The notes beneath the pieces were generated by a model that saw nothing but the letters and a program-made list of their open reading frames with translations, was not told the DNA's origin and ran no database searches. A program made the position numbers and the translations under genes. From contig JAXGZF010000010.1 in assembly GCA_040771865.1 (NCBI GenBank), positions 62,001 through 126,000 of the forward strand: a stretch of DNA of 64,000 bases. The letters run 5' to 3'. The stretch is from Desulfobacterales bacterium (GTDB taxonomy: Bacteria > Desulfobacterota > Desulfobacteria > Desulfobacterales > UBA2245). Of this stretch, positions 17,677 through 27,977 are shown piece after piece. The first letter of the stretch is position 1, and every line of letters begins with the position of its first letter.

Positions 17677-19092
17677 ATGAATCGCTTGAAAACAGACCGG
17701 ACACCATCTTGTATCAGGCCAAGGCTGTCCGGTTTGCTCACGCTCATCCCTGTTACGGCCTGCGCTTTCCTGGCGCTGGAACCCGAACTTCGGCTGGCTG
17801 TTCCGTTAATTGTTGGCCTTACGGCGGTGATGGCCATAACGCTTGCATGTGCGCTTTATTTTGGCGAGCGCAATACAATCGCTTGGTCTCCGTTCATAAT
17901 TCTTGCCGTGGCGCTGATTTTGCGCCTGATGTTTTTGTTTTCTCCCCCGCAGCTATCCGACGACATCTACCGATATCAATGGGATGGCGGCAATTTGCTG
18001 AGGGGCATCAATCCTTATGCTGCGGCGCCGTCCGATGTCGCTCCCCCGTCTGCCCTTTCCGACGTTCACTCCCGGATCAATCATTCCGAGTACGTCACCA
18101 TTTATCCGCCGTCGGCCCAGGTGATTTTTGCTGCAGGGGTCGCACTGGGAGGCGGCATTTTCGCCATGAAAAGTTTGCTCGTGCTGCTGGACATGGCGCT
18201 GTGCGTCCAGTTGGTTTTATTGTTGAAACGTCTTGAGATGCCGGCGTGGCGGGCGGTTCTGTATGCATGGAATCCCCTGCCGATACTGGAGATCGCCGGT
18301 TCCGGACATGTGGATGGAGCGGGCCTTTCGATGCTGATCGGCTCCGTCATCCTGCTGGTGATGCGACAGAAAAACGATTCCAGGCGCGGTCTCGAACGCT
18401 GGCCGTTTCTGTTGTCAGGAGCGCTCATGGCCGGGGCGGGCCTGGTGAAACTGTTTCCGTTCATGCTGGCGCCGGTGATTTTCTTTCTGGCGCCGAAAAG
18501 CCGCCGTCTGCATTTTACAGTCGGATTGACAGTGACTTCAGCGGCGCTTGTTTTTCCGTTCCTGCCGCACATAGTCAACATGGCCGACAGTCTGAACGTT
18601 TATGCCCGCCACTGGGAATTCGCCGGTTTTGCATTCAACGCTTTTCGCCTCATAAGCGGCTCGGGAACAATCGCCAGACAGGTTTTATCGCTCTGTTTTC
18701 TGTTGATCGTTGCGGCTGTCGTTTTCCGTTTCGTCTCCGGCACGCCTCGATCCGTTTGTCCCATGGCCGCAACGCGTCAGGCTTTGAACGCCTGTTACGC
18801 TATCGCCATGGCCTTTTTGCTGCTTACCCCTACCCTGCATCCCTGGTATGCTCTTTACCTGGCCGTGTTTCTGCCGTTCGTTCCGGGCGCTTCAGGAATG
18901 GTGCTCTGCTGGGCGGTCTTTCTGATATACCAGGTTCAGATTCTCTATTTTTCTGCCGGACAATGGGTCGAGAACCCGTACGTTGCGGCAGCGGTTTTCC
19001 TTGCCCCGTTCTCAGCCTGGTTTCTTAGCAGATCTCTTGCCGGAATTTGGCAGAAGCACGGGGGCCCAAGGGTCAGTAGTATTTACCCTTAA
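17677..19092 (+). CDS. Polytopic membrane glycosyltransferase (GT-C/GT87-like)
   Basis: LSDDIYRYQWDG, GINPY, TIYPP, YAWNPL, SGHVD, HPWY motifs; many TM segments. Confidence 0.8.
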   Translation: MNRLKTDRTPSCIRPRLSGLLTLIPVTACAFLALEPELRLAVPLIVGLTAVMAITLACALYFGERNTIAWSPFIILAVALILRLMFLFSPPQLSDDIYRYQWDGGNLLRGINPYAAAPSDVAPPSALSDVHSRINHSEYVTIYPPSAQVIFAAGVALGGGIFAMKSLLVLLDMALCVQLVLLLKRLEMPAWRAVLYAWNPLPILEIAGSGHVDGAGLSMLIGSVILLVMRQKNDSRRGLERWPFLLSGALMAGAGLVKLFPFMLAPVIFFLAPKSRRLHFTVGLTVTSAALVFPFLPHIVNMADSLNVYARHWEFAGFAFNAFRLISGSGTIARQVLSLCFLLIVAAVVFRFVSGTPRSVCPMAATRQALNACYAIAMAFLLLTPTLHPWYALYLAVFLPFVPGASGMVLCWAVFLIYQVQILYFSAGQWVENPYVAAAVFLAPFSAWFLSRSLAGIWQKHGGPRVSSIYP

Positions 19093-20527
19093 GATAGTGC
19101 CTCACATCGCTCACAAAATGTCTCAAGGTCTGTTTATACGGATAGATTCGAAATCTCAAACAATAACCTTTCCAAAGCCGGTCCAGCAATTCATAAAACT
19201 TCCGCAAGGGCAGCGCGATCAGCATCCGCACCAGCGCTCTCGGCAGATTCAGACGGACGCACAATGCAAAAACAGCGCGAAGCCTGCCTCGTTTATCCTG
19301 ATCTTTAATGACGATTGACGAGTTCTCATAAAATGTTTCAGGAAAGCGGGCGACCGGCGACTTCGCGAATCCGTGACGGAGAGCGTAAGCCTCAATATCG
19401 GTTCCCGGATAAACCTGCATCAGGGAAACGAAACTAAAGTGCGGCCGGACATGCGCATTGACCGAATAAGTCAACAGGTCGTCGTCGAGAGTTGATCCGG
19501 GCGCGCCAAGAATATTTTCCGTCGCAAATCGGATGCCATTTGCATGCAGCCAGTCACAGGCGTTTTCGAACTGCGAAAGACTCATCCCCCGCTTCAGAAT
19601 TCCGTTGCGCACCGCTTCGTTCCCTGCCTCCAGACCGAGCTTGACCGAAAGACAACCGGCCTGTCTCAGCAGGCCGGTTGTCTCGGCATCCAGCAAATCA
19701 GCCCGCAGATGACAGTGAAACGGAATCCCGATTTTGCAGGCATAGCGTTCTGCAAAGGCCCGAAGCCATCCCTGATCCAGGTTGAAGGTGTCGTCCTGAA
19801 AAACCACCATCTGCAGCGGATAGCGCCGCTGCAACTGCTGAATCTCCCCGATGACATGTCCGATGCTGCGCCTTCGGCAGAACATCCCGCGGCCATGATA
19901 CAACCTGCGATAGGCATGATTGAAGCAATAACTGCAATTGAATGGGCAGCCTCGAGATGCCATGACGTAAACAGTCGCCGGTTTGGCGCCCTGGCTGGCC
20001 CGCTCGAAAATGCTGCGGTCCGGCCAGGGCAGCTCATCGAGATTTTCAACAAGGTGACCCAGGTCATTTCGGCAAATCGTTCCGTCCGGGCGTTTGATCC
20101 ACCAGTTTGACAGGTTTTCGGGTAAAGCGCCGGTTTGGACTAGGGCGTTGACAAGGGCCGGAAGCGCATTATCGCCTTCACCCCTGCATACGGCATCGAT
20201 GCAGGGTTCGTTAATGCACTCCGGATAGAACGTCGGATGCGGACCTCCGGCCAGGACGAGCAGATGCGGATGCGTGGATTTGATTTGCCTAGCTCTTTCG
20301 ATAAACAGGGGGTGCTGGCCCGTGATCAGCGAAAGACACAGTATATCGGGTTTGAAAATGCGCAACAATAATTCCTGGCGCGCCGTATCCCCGAGAGCGG
20401 CGACCTCGGCGCGATGTCCGGCCTTTAAAAGCACGGCCGAAAGGGAAGCGATCCCCAGCGGTTGGGTGAGATGGTCAAAAGAAATAAAAAGGAGTTTCAT
20501 TGGATATTCTATTCTACGCGTTGACAA
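19073..20527 (-). CDS. B12-binding-domain radical SAM protein
   Basis: PLGIASL, GGPHPT, GEGD, SRGCPFNCSYC, FQDDTF, GLEAG. Alternative start at 20500. Confidence 0.88.
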   Translation of the reverse strand: MSTRRIEYPMKLLFISFDHLTQPLGIASLSAVLLKAGHRAEVAALGDTARQELLLRIFKPDILCLSLITGQHPLFIERARQIKSTHPHLLVLAGGPHPTFYPECINEPCIDAVCRGEGDNALPALVNALVQTGALPENLSNWWIKRPDGTICRNDLGHLVENLDELPWPDRSIFERASQGAKPATVYVMASRGCPFNCSYCFNHAYRRLYHGRGMFCRRRSIGHVIGEIQQLQRRYPLQMVVFQDDTFNLDQGWLRAFAERYACKIGIPFHCHLRADLLDAETTGLLRQAGCLSVKLGLEAGNEAVRNGILKRGMSLSQFENACDWLHANGIRFATENILGAPGSTLDDDLLTYSVNAHVRPHFSFVSLMQVYPGTDIEAYALRHGFAKSPVARFPETFYENSSIVIKDQDKRGRLRAVFALCVRLNLPRALVRMLIALPLRKFYELLDRLWKGYCLRFRIYPYKQTLRHFVSDVRHYLKGKYY

Positions 20528-21917
20528 TATTGCGTAGATGCCGGCTGGTAGAAGCAGCCAGGTGAACCCATTTATGCAGGGAATTGAGGTTTTTCAGAAA
20601 AAAAAGAATCCGAGACGGTCTGAGACTGAAGCGGATAAATGTCCTGCCGGCAATGGCGTGCAATTCCTTCGGCGGAACCTTGGCCAGGTTGTTGACCGCA
20701 TTCTGGAACACGCAATCCGAAAACCGGGCAGCTGCATCCGGTTGAAGCTGTGCGAAGATATCCGAACCGGGCAGTGGAACGAGAACCGAGAACGCCACCG
20801 CATCGAGATTCAGGGAAAGCGCCAGATCAACCGTCTGCGATATGTCATCGAACGTCTCATCCGGAAACCCCAGCATAAAAAATCCGCCGACATCGATGCC
20901 GTTTTTCTTCAGGTATGAGATCTTTAACGGCAGCTGATTCAGGTTGAGCTCCTTGCGAATCGATTTCTGAATTCGAGGACTCCCGGACTCGATGCCCAGG
21001 AATACGAAATGGCAGCCGCTCCTGCCCATCCATTCCGCAAGTTCCGCATCGAGGCTGTTGGCCTTGACGCCGTTGGGACAGCTCCAGACCATATCCAGCT
21101 TCCGGTCAAGAATTCCCCTGCAGATTTGAATCATACGGGCTTTGTCCTGAATGCAGTTGCTGTCCAGGATTTGAATTTCTCGGATGCCGTAATTTCGAAC
21201 AAGCAATTCAATCTCATCCAGAACGTGTTCGGCCGATCGGGCCCGATATCGCCGCCCCTCGATCAGGTGTATCGCGCAGAAGGTGCAATGCGAGGTGCAG
21301 CCGCGAGCGGTCGAAATTCCGACAATCGGATGACGTTTGGAGTAGAACAGATTGAATGGTACGTGCATTGATTCCGGATCGAGCAGGTCCCAGGCGGGCC
21401 AGCCGAGCTGATCCAGGTTTTCGACGGCCTCCGGCGGATTGCTCTCAATTGCGCTGTTGTTGCGCCACATGAGACCGGGAATGGTACGCAGCTTTTCCGC
21501 CGGCGGTCTGCCGGCATGGAATTGAAGCGATGAAACGAATCGTGGAAAACTCTGGTCCGCTTCGCCTATGAAAGCATATTCAAGACCGGGAAACTGATCG
21601 AATGCCGATTTTTTTGCGCCGCAGACATGGGGCCCGCCCAGAACAACCGAAATCTGCGGAAATTCTTGAGCGACCGCGGCATACAGTTGACGGCATGCGC
21701 CGAGGTCGCAAGTCATGACCTTCATGCCGACAATATCAATCGAGTTGGAGCGGATGGCCTCTAGCGCGCGGGCTGTACTCCATCCCCTGGTGTCTGGCAC
21801 ATGGAGAATCGGACTGTGTCCGGCCTTGCGCAGACCGGTTGCGAGATACCCGAGACCAAGATCGGGAACCCGGTAGTTCAAAAGGGTTTTCTGGGGGCGG
21901 GTTAGCAAAACGCGCAT
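20514..21917 (-). CDS. B12-binding-domain radical SAM protein
   Basis: PDLGLGYLA, GGPH, GEAD, TARGCTSHCTFC, GIESGS, FMLGFPDET. Confidence 0.88.
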   Translation of the reverse strand: MRVLLTRPQKTLLNYRVPDLGLGYLATGLRKAGHSPILHVPDTRGWSTARALEAIRSNSIDIVGMKVMTCDLGACRQLYAAVAQEFPQISVVLGGPHVCGAKKSAFDQFPGLEYAFIGEADQSFPRFVSSLQFHAGRPPAEKLRTIPGLMWRNNSAIESNPPEAVENLDQLGWPAWDLLDPESMHVPFNLFYSKRHPIVGISTARGCTSHCTFCAIHLIEGRRYRARSAEHVLDEIELLVRNYGIREIQILDSNCIQDKARMIQICRGILDRKLDMVWSCPNGVKANSLDAELAEWMGRSGCHFVFLGIESGSPRIQKSIRKELNLNQLPLKISYLKKNGIDVGGFFMLGFPDETFDDISQTVDLALSLNLDAVAFSVLVPLPGSDIFAQLQPDAAARFSDCVFQNAVNNLAKVPPKELHAIAGRTFIRFSLRPSRILFFLKNLNSLHKWVHLAASTSRHLRNIVNA

Positions 21918-22014
21918 GGCATGATTTTATGGCGCAGATTAATGTCAACGTCGCGAACGTTCAAATGATCAGACTCATTTGCCCTGCAGACCCGGCTCTG
22001 TTTAAAAACGTTTA

Positions 22015-23499
22015 TCATTCCGATGATCTTTCGATTGCCTTGTATAATGATTCCCTGATGTCTTTTGCCATGGTCAATGCAAAACCGAATGGAACCAGCA
22101 ACAGCAAGGATATGGCAAGCCAGGTCCCCCGCTGCGATGCAAAAAGAATCGGCAGCAGGCAGTAGAGGAACAGCAGGCCGTTGATGAAAATGTAAGGGAT
22201 GTTTTTCTGATGATACTGCAGGGCCGGCACCGGCATCCGGTCATCTTCCCGCATGCCGAATTTCGGCGTCCTCTCGAAAGCCCCGCCCGATCGAAACAGC
22301 CCCTTCAGCACGGAAAGGGAGATGCTGGGCGCCAGACCGATGGTAAGAGCCGGAAGCAGAAATACATAGCTCAGCTTTTTGGAGTTGCTTCGAATCGAAT
22401 AAAGCAGGAAGTAGCTCATGATCGCTCCGGTTGAAACCAGAAAAAGCGGCAGATCAATGCTGACGACCTGTTGCAGGCCGATGCCGACCCGCCAGTTGAT
22501 CGCCGGGTAGAGGGTCAGTATGGCGATCATGCCTAGGAGCCAGAAGATATTGGCCATCAAATGAACTGCGGCTTCAATCTTGACGGGCAGCGGCAAGCGT
22601 TCCTTCAAAAGTCGCGGCAGAATCTTCCGGGCCGTCTGTATGGAGCCTTTTGCCCAGCGCTGCTGCTGGGTGCGCAGTGCAGACAGGGTTACAGGAAGCT
22701 CGGATGGCACGTGGCACTCTTCGAGATAGACGAATCGCCATCCGGCCATTTGAGCCCGGTAACTCAGATCCAGGTCCTCGGTGACCGTGTCCGCCTGCCA
22801 GCCGCCGGCGGATTCGATGGCGCTTTTCCGCCAGACGCCGGCGGTGCCGTTGAAATTAAAGAACAGGCCCTGCTGAAAACGCACGCGATGCTCGATGCTG
22901 AAATGGGCGCCGAGCATGAGGGATTGAATGCCAGTGAACCAGGAGTGGCCGGCATTGCAGAAGCTCCAGCGGGCTTGGACCATGCCGACTTTCGGGTCCC
23001 TGAACCAGGGGGCGGTGGAATGCAGAAAATCAGAAGGAGGAATGAAGTCGGCGTCGAAAACGGCGATCAGTTCGCCCTGTGCCGTTTTGAGACCATTGGC
23101 GAGCGCTCCGGCCTTGTAGCCGACCCGGCAGGATCTTCGCACCACTCTCATAACAACCCCGCGCTGCCGCCACCAGGCAACACGTGCGTCCACCAGAGCG
23201 CAGGTATCATCGTCCGAATCGTCCAGCACCTGAATGTCGAGACGATCCGCAGGCCAGTCAAGACGGGCGGCTGCGTCCAGCAGGCGTTCCGCCACAAAGC
23301 GTTCATTGTAAAGCGGCAGTTGTACCGTAACCACAGGGAAGTGTTCGAATGCGGAAAAAGGGGCCGGCATGGCCGTTTCATCCGGCTTTTGTTTGTACAG
23401 GCAACAGATCAGCCAGAGCCGGTGTAATCCGTACAGGCAGACCAAAGACAGAGCGGCAAAATGGATCACCCCCAGAACCGGTATCAGTGCGGACAACAT
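22015..23499 (-). CDS. Membrane GT2 glycosyltransferase (cellulose-synthase-like)
   Basis: VTVQLPLYNE, LDDSDD, KAGAL, FDADF, TEDLDLS, QQQRW (D,D,D,QxxRW). Confidence 0.9.
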   Translation of the reverse strand: MLSALIPVLGVIHFAALSLVCLYGLHRLWLICCLYKQKPDETAMPAPFSAFEHFPVVTVQLPLYNERFVAERLLDAAARLDWPADRLDIQVLDDSDDDTCALVDARVAWWRQRGVVMRVVRRSCRVGYKAGALANGLKTAQGELIAVFDADFIPPSDFLHSTAPWFRDPKVGMVQARWSFCNAGHSWFTGIQSLMLGAHFSIEHRVRFQQGLFFNFNGTAGVWRKSAIESAGGWQADTVTEDLDLSYRAQMAGWRFVYLEECHVPSELPVTLSALRTQQQRWAKGSIQTARKILPRLLKERLPLPVKIEAAVHLMANIFWLLGMIAILTLYPAINWRVGIGLQQVVSIDLPLFLVSTGAIMSYFLLYSIRSNSKKLSYVFLLPALTIGLAPSISLSVLKGLFRSGGAFERTPKFGMREDDRMPVPALQYHQKNIPYIFINGLLFLYCLLPILFASQRGTWLAISLLLLVPFGFALTMAKDIRESLYKAIERSSE

Positions 23500-24536
23500 G
23501 CTGGCACTTCCGTTTCCTGCTTGTTTGCGGACACGCAGATGTCTGCCTCGGATTCAGCAAATGACGCGCCGCATCCTGAACCCTCTCCGGCGGTGCAACT
23601 GAAACAATGGTCGGCCATCAGAATGCTTCTGCCCGTGAAAATCGCCTCGTCGATCCGATCGATGGTCATAAGCGCGCCATCCATATCTTTCAGCGGCATG
23701 GCGGCAGCCAGGTTAAAGTCGCAGTTGTAGATCGTTCCGTCCCAGCCGACGCTGACCAGAGTCCGGCACATGATTCTCTCTGCGGCCTGAGGGTTGAATT
23801 TCTCCTCCAGATATTCGATGTAGCGTCGATAAGTTCCCCTGTTTTCCAGAAGATCACGGAATCGGCCGATGGGCGCATTGCTCATGCAGTGGAGCCGGTT
23901 GAACCTCACGCCAAAGCGCTGGAGCAGTTCCATGCGGTAGTGCTGTTCCAGTATATTCCGTGATCCGTAGATGGAGCGGTTGCCCGGGTTGTGGACGAGA
24001 TGAAGTTCCAGATCATCGCCATAGCCCTGCCGATTAAGGCGTCGCAACACCTCGATGCTTCGGGTGAAAACCCCTTTTCCTCTCTGTTTGTCCACATTTT
24101 CCTGTTCGTAGCATGGAAGCGACGCCATTACCACCAGGTTCTGCCGGCGATAAAAATCAGGCAGCCACTCCATTCCAAGCTCAAGGGCGACAACCAGATT
24201 GCTGCGGATGATGCGGCGTGTCGCGTATTCCGCCGTTGCTTCGATAAAATCGCGGAAGTGTGGATTCATTTCCGGACATCCGCCGGTTATATCCAGCGTC
24301 AGACCGGGATGCCCCGCCAGGAAGGCCGTAATCCGATCCATGACGGCCCTGTCCATGAGACGGCTGCCGTCCGGAGAGGCATGATGATGACAGTGGGCGC
24401 AGCTCAGGTTGCAGAGATCGCCCAGATTCACCTGGAGCGTTTCCAGTTTGCAGAATCTGCTAAAACGCGAATTGACCGCCTCGACTTTCTGTTTGAACAG
24501 TTCTCTCATGACTTGAGTTTCTCCGGTTCGTGTCAT
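23484..24536 (-). CDS. arsS: ArsS-family radical SAM protein (rSAM/Cys-rich, DUF3641 C-terminus)
   Basis: TLQVNLGDLCNLSCAHCH, DITGGCPEMNP, ASLPCY…VDKQRG, MCRTLVSVGWDG..YNCDFN, HCFSCTAGEGSGC. Confidence 0.85.
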   Translation of the reverse strand: MTRTGETQVMRELFKQKVEAVNSRFSRFCKLETLQVNLGDLCNLSCAHCHHHASPDGSRLMDRAVMDRITAFLAGHPGLTLDITGGCPEMNPHFRDFIEATAEYATRRIIRSNLVVALELGMEWLPDFYRRQNLVVMASLPCYEQENVDKQRGKGVFTRSIEVLRRLNRQGYGDDLELHLVHNPGNRSIYGSRNILEQHYRMELLQRFGVRFNRLHCMSNAPIGRFRDLLENRGTYRRYIEYLEEKFNPQAAERIMCRTLVSVGWDGTIYNCDFNLAAAMPLKDMDGALMTIDRIDEAIFTGRSILMADHCFSCTAGEGSGCGASFAESEADICVSANKQETEVPACCPH

Positions 24537-25030
24537 TTGCCGGCAATGCCGAGCTGTTTTTCCTCGAAAAGATACCTGTCCGGCCGCCAGTCCCGCAACG
24601 AACCCGTCTTCCCGACGCCGCCGATCACGTCTTCTCCGGATACCAGCCAGAAACGCCGGGTCCAGTTTTTCCAGAACCCTGCCAGCTCCAGTGCGCCGTG
24701 TTCGTCGCTCGTTCCCCGGGCCAGGATTTGGGCACTGGGCGGATCATCCGAATAGCGGATCAGGGCGTAGCACGCACGGGGATGGAGGCCCGAAGCGTTC
24801 AGAATGAAGGCGCCAGTGGACTCCCGATAGATCATTCTGCCGCTTCCGCCGTTGACAATGGACCAATCGGCGGGGTTCTTGGCAAACAGCAGCAGTTCCT
24901 TGGCATCGCGGGCTGCACGCGTTGTTGATTCCAATTCTGCCGTAAAGCTGACTGAAACTGAAACCATAAGCGCCAGAGCCGCCAGCGTCAGTTCGCACAA
25001 AGATTGGAGTGTGGACGGTAAGATGTTCAT
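24533..25030 (-). CDS. Hypothetical exported/membrane-anchored protein
   Basis: N-terminal hydrophobic segment; ATGA overlap with arsS. Confidence 0.65.
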   Translation of the reverse strand: MNILPSTLQSLCELTLAALALMVSVSVSFTAELESTTRAARDAKELLLFAKNPADWSIVNGGSGRMIYRESTGAFILNASGLHPRACYALIRYSDDPPSAQILARGTSDEHGALELAGFWKNWTRRFWLVSGEDVIGGVGKTGSLRDWRPDRYLFEEKQLGIAGK

Positions 25031-25051
25031 GATCGTGCCGGCGATATGGCT

Positions 25052-25999
25052 TTATTGCTTGCCGGACCGCTTTTCCCAGGCCGCCCATCCGCCCTTGTAA
25101 TTGCGGGCATCGGGCAATCCCGCCAGCTGATGCGTCATCCATGCGTAGGCTGAGCGCACTCCTCCCAGACAGTAATAGACCACGGGTTTGGAAGTGTCCA
25201 CACCATGCCTGGCGAGCAGTTTCTTCAACTCGGCCGGCGGAAGCGGGCGGCGGTCTTTGCCTGTATGGAAATCTTCCCAGGGAATGCGGATGGCGCCGGA
25301 AATCCGGCCCTTGATCCATTCAAAGGTCGAACGGACGTCCACCAGCACGCAGGATCCGTTGCCGTTCCGCACATCCTCCGTAGATGCAATACACTGGGGC
25401 TGAAGATTGACCTGGTAACCGGCCTTCTTCGCGACGGGCTTTTCCGGGCCTTCGGCCAACGAAAAATTCAGCTTGCGCCAGGCCTGAATGCCGCCGTTCA
25501 GCAGCCGGATTGGGCCCTCGTGTCCAAGCCATGTTAACAGCCACACGTCATATCCTTCGCATCCCCAGCTTTTATCGGCATCTCCGTAAACCACGACCGG
25601 TGTTTTTTCGTCTATGCCCAGTCCTGCCAGCACAGCAGCCAGTTCCTCAGGCGGAAAGGAGCTGAACTCTATCCCCTGAGCATCGGTGCGGGTATAATTT
25701 TCCCAGGAAAACGGAATTGCCCCCGGAATATGGCCGCCTTTCCACTCATCGTCGGGACGGGCATCCAGGATGACCCATTTTGCCAGATCGGTTTTCAAGC
25801 TTGTCGGATCGATCAGTCCCAGATCAGCGGCCGTGGCAGCCGATGAATACAAAATGATCGCAATGAGCGTCACCAATAAGACCCTGTTGACACGATAAAA
25901 CCCGCCTGTTTTTGCATGTTTGCCAAACTTTGCCGTAATCCGCATAACGATTTTTCTCTTTGTATGAAAATATCCGCGATCGATAGCTTGCTCTTGCAA
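25052..25999 (-). CDS. Two-domain rhodanese/sulfurtransferase, probably exported
   Basis: LDAR…GHIPGA, LNGG, YYCLGGVRS active-site loop, NYKGGW. Start uncertain. Confidence 0.88.
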   Translation of the reverse strand: MQEQAIDRGYFHTKRKIVMRITAKFGKHAKTGGFYRVNRVLLVTLIAIILYSSAATAADLGLIDPTSLKTDLAKWVILDARPDDEWKGGHIPGAIPFSWENYTRTDAQGIEFSSFPPEELAAVLAGLGIDEKTPVVVYGDADKSWGCEGYDVWLLTWLGHEGPIRLLNGGIQAWRKLNFSLAEGPEKPVAKKAGYQVNLQPQCIASTEDVRNGNGSCVLVDVRSTFEWIKGRISGAIRIPWEDFHTGKDRRPLPPAELKKLLARHGVDTSKPVVYYCLGGVRSAYAWMTHQLAGLPDARNYKGGWAAWEKRSGKQ

Positions 26000-26035
26000 T
26001 TTTACATTCCGTTGCGTCGATCAGCATAGATCATG

Positions 26036-27208
26036 TTATTTTATAATTGTTACTTTAATCTCGATGGGTTCGCCCGGTCCGGGCATGAGCTCGGATTTAG
26101 GGAAAAACCGGCCAGCATAGTAATTTCTTTCATCGTCGGGCTGTCCGAAGGTGTCGTAGATCCCGCCATCGGCAAACCATACGTCATCGTTCACCTTGTC
26201 ATTGCTTGAAATTCCACACACGCATGAGTACAGGCAGAAGATGCATCCAGGATTCCAGAGGAGGTTGGAATCACGTGTTCCGCCCATGCGGGCTTCGATG
26301 CCGAGCGGTTCGAACCCGGCCGGATTCGGGTGAAATTCAGACGGTCTTTCTTCAAAAAGTTCTTCTAACGCATAATATTGTCCTGCGCCGTTCCATGTGA
26401 CAGAATAATCGATGCGGTCACCGTCCGCAAATTTGCTGCCGTATTCTTCGGAAGTGCCGTAATAGATGCCGTCGGCCATATTGCCTTCCGGACTTACGCC
26501 CAGATACATCAGCAATTCGTGGAAAATAAACGGCGGAATATCAGCGACAAGAAAACTGTAAACATTTAACGCACCGCCTTTATAAGTGATGCCGTGGTGG
26601 GTGGGCCGAGTGGACACATTGTCATAATTGGCGTTGTTAATAAAACCGGTAAAAACAAAACTGCCGTTTTCCTGATCCACAGAAACCGCTCCCGGTCCGT
26701 ATTTTTGGACGTAATCGGGGTAACGCTCAGCCCATTTTTCATAACCGCCTGAAAGATGGTCGACATCCGTATATCCGATCTCTTTGGCGATTTCCTCGGC
26801 ATCTTCGGCATAATCGCCGTAAAAAATGATTTCCGAATTCTGATAAGTTGAGACAAAATCATTGACAAGCTGGTTGACCAGCATGTGTCTTAACCAGGAG
26901 TCGGCTATCTGGTCGGACGCGGTTGGGCTGACTTCATCATAATTGTTGGTGTAAAGGGCTTTGCCATTCTCGGATATCATCTGATAAGGGATGCTTAAGG
27001 CGTCCTTGATATGGCCATCAATATATTCGGCGCTGGACCGGGTGTCCACCACCAGAATTCGGTTTTGCGCCCCTTCTTCGGTGGCGCCGCTTTGGATGTA
27101 GGTCGCCAGTGTTTTCATGGATACCCCGGATCCATCCGAATCGCTGCCGCAACCAGCCATTACAAGTCCAGATAGCATGATTAACAAGAAGAAACCGATT
27201 CTATTCAT
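26036..27208 (-). CDS. Lipoprotein: inactive rhodanese domain fused to a YdjY-like Cys-motif domain
   Basis: Lipobox LVMAGC; VDTR…GHIKDA rhodanese with no Cys in the loop (FYGD); C-terminal PTHHGI…GCIFCLYSCVCGISSN. Confidence 0.7.
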   Translation of the reverse strand: MNRIGFFLLIMLSGLVMAGCGSDSDGSGVSMKTLATYIQSGATEEGAQNRILVVDTRSSAEYIDGHIKDALSIPYQMISENGKALYTNNYDEVSPTASDQIADSWLRHMLVNQLVNDFVSTYQNSEIIFYGDYAEDAEEIAKEIGYTDVDHLSGGYEKWAERYPDYVQKYGPGAVSVDQENGSFVFTGFINNANYDNVSTRPTHHGITYKGGALNVYSFLVADIPPFIFHELLMYLGVSPEGNMADGIYYGTSEEYGSKFADGDRIDYSVTWNGAGQYYALEELFEERPSEFHPNPAGFEPLGIEARMGGTRDSNLLWNPGCIFCLYSCVCGISSNDKVNDDVWFADGGIYDTFGQPDDERNYYAGRFFPKSELMPGPGEPIEIKVTIIK

Positions 27209-27212
27209 TATT

Positions 27213-27977
27213 TTAAACCTCCTTGTTTTTTAACACCCTTATATGTTTTTTTTCAGGTTTTTCCTGGTGGTTTTTGCTTCGCAATCCGTGCATCAATTCG
27301 CGGCCGATAACCCACAGGATGGTGCTTCCAGCCTTGATGGTTCCCATGACTGTCCGACTGATCTTTGACTTGCCAGCAGTTCGCAGATGATATGGAACGT
27401 CGATCTCCCGTATTGTGAGATCCTGCTTGATTGCCCGGATCTGCATTTCAACCGTCCATCCGAAGGCCTGATCCGCCATATTCAACCGGCTCAGGGCAGG
27501 CCAGCTGATGACGCGCATGGGCCCCAGGTCGTAAAAACGGTGTTTCCAGATAAGATGTATCAGCCGGGTTGCCAGAATATGGCCGAAGCGTTGTTGAAAA
27601 CTTAAAGCCGCCGCTACGACCGGAAGGCGCCGACCCAGCGCCATGTCGGCCTCGCCTGCGGCAACCGGGGCGATCAGGTCGGACAGGCGCGACGGCTCAT
27701 CGCTTCCGTCGGCATCGACAAAGGCAACGATGTCGGGCGGATGACGCCGCAGGGCATTCAATCCCGCCAGGCAGGCTCTTCCGTAACCTGCCACCGGTTC
27801 ACGAATGACCAGCGCGCCGTGTGCGGCGGCAACTTTCCCCGTTCCATCCGTAGAGCCGTTGTCCACTACGATGACGCGTTCGATTTCCGCGGGCAGATTC
27901 GCCAGCACGCCCGGCAGGGATCCTTCTTCGTTGCGCGCCGGAATAATCAGCGCGATATCGGGATGAACGGTTTTCAA
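27213..27977 (-). CDS. GT2 glycosyltransferase (polyprenol-phosphate glycosyltransferase-like)
   Basis: IIPARNEE, VDNGSTD, GYGRAC, DADGSD, DLGPMR, GWTVEMQ, GKSKIS. TTG start overlaps the upstream stop. Confidence 0.87.
   Translation of the reverse strand: MKTVHPDIALIIPARNEEGSLPGVLANLPAEIERVIVVDNGSTDGTGKVAAAHGALVIREPVAGYGRACLAGLNALRRHPPDIVAFVDADGSDEPSRLSDLIAPVAAGEADMALGRRLPVVAAALSFQQRFGHILATRLIHLIWKHRFYDLGPMRVISWPALSRLNMADQAFGWTVEMQIRAIKQDLTIREIDVPYHLRTAGKSKISRTVMGTIKAGSTILWVIGRELMHGLRSKNHQEKPEKKHIRVLKNKEV

Noticed and set aside
23484..23610. Possible Sec in the ArsS C-terminal motif
   Set aside because: All motif positions are Cys codons, and the terminal TGA lies past the conserved region and overlaps the next gene.
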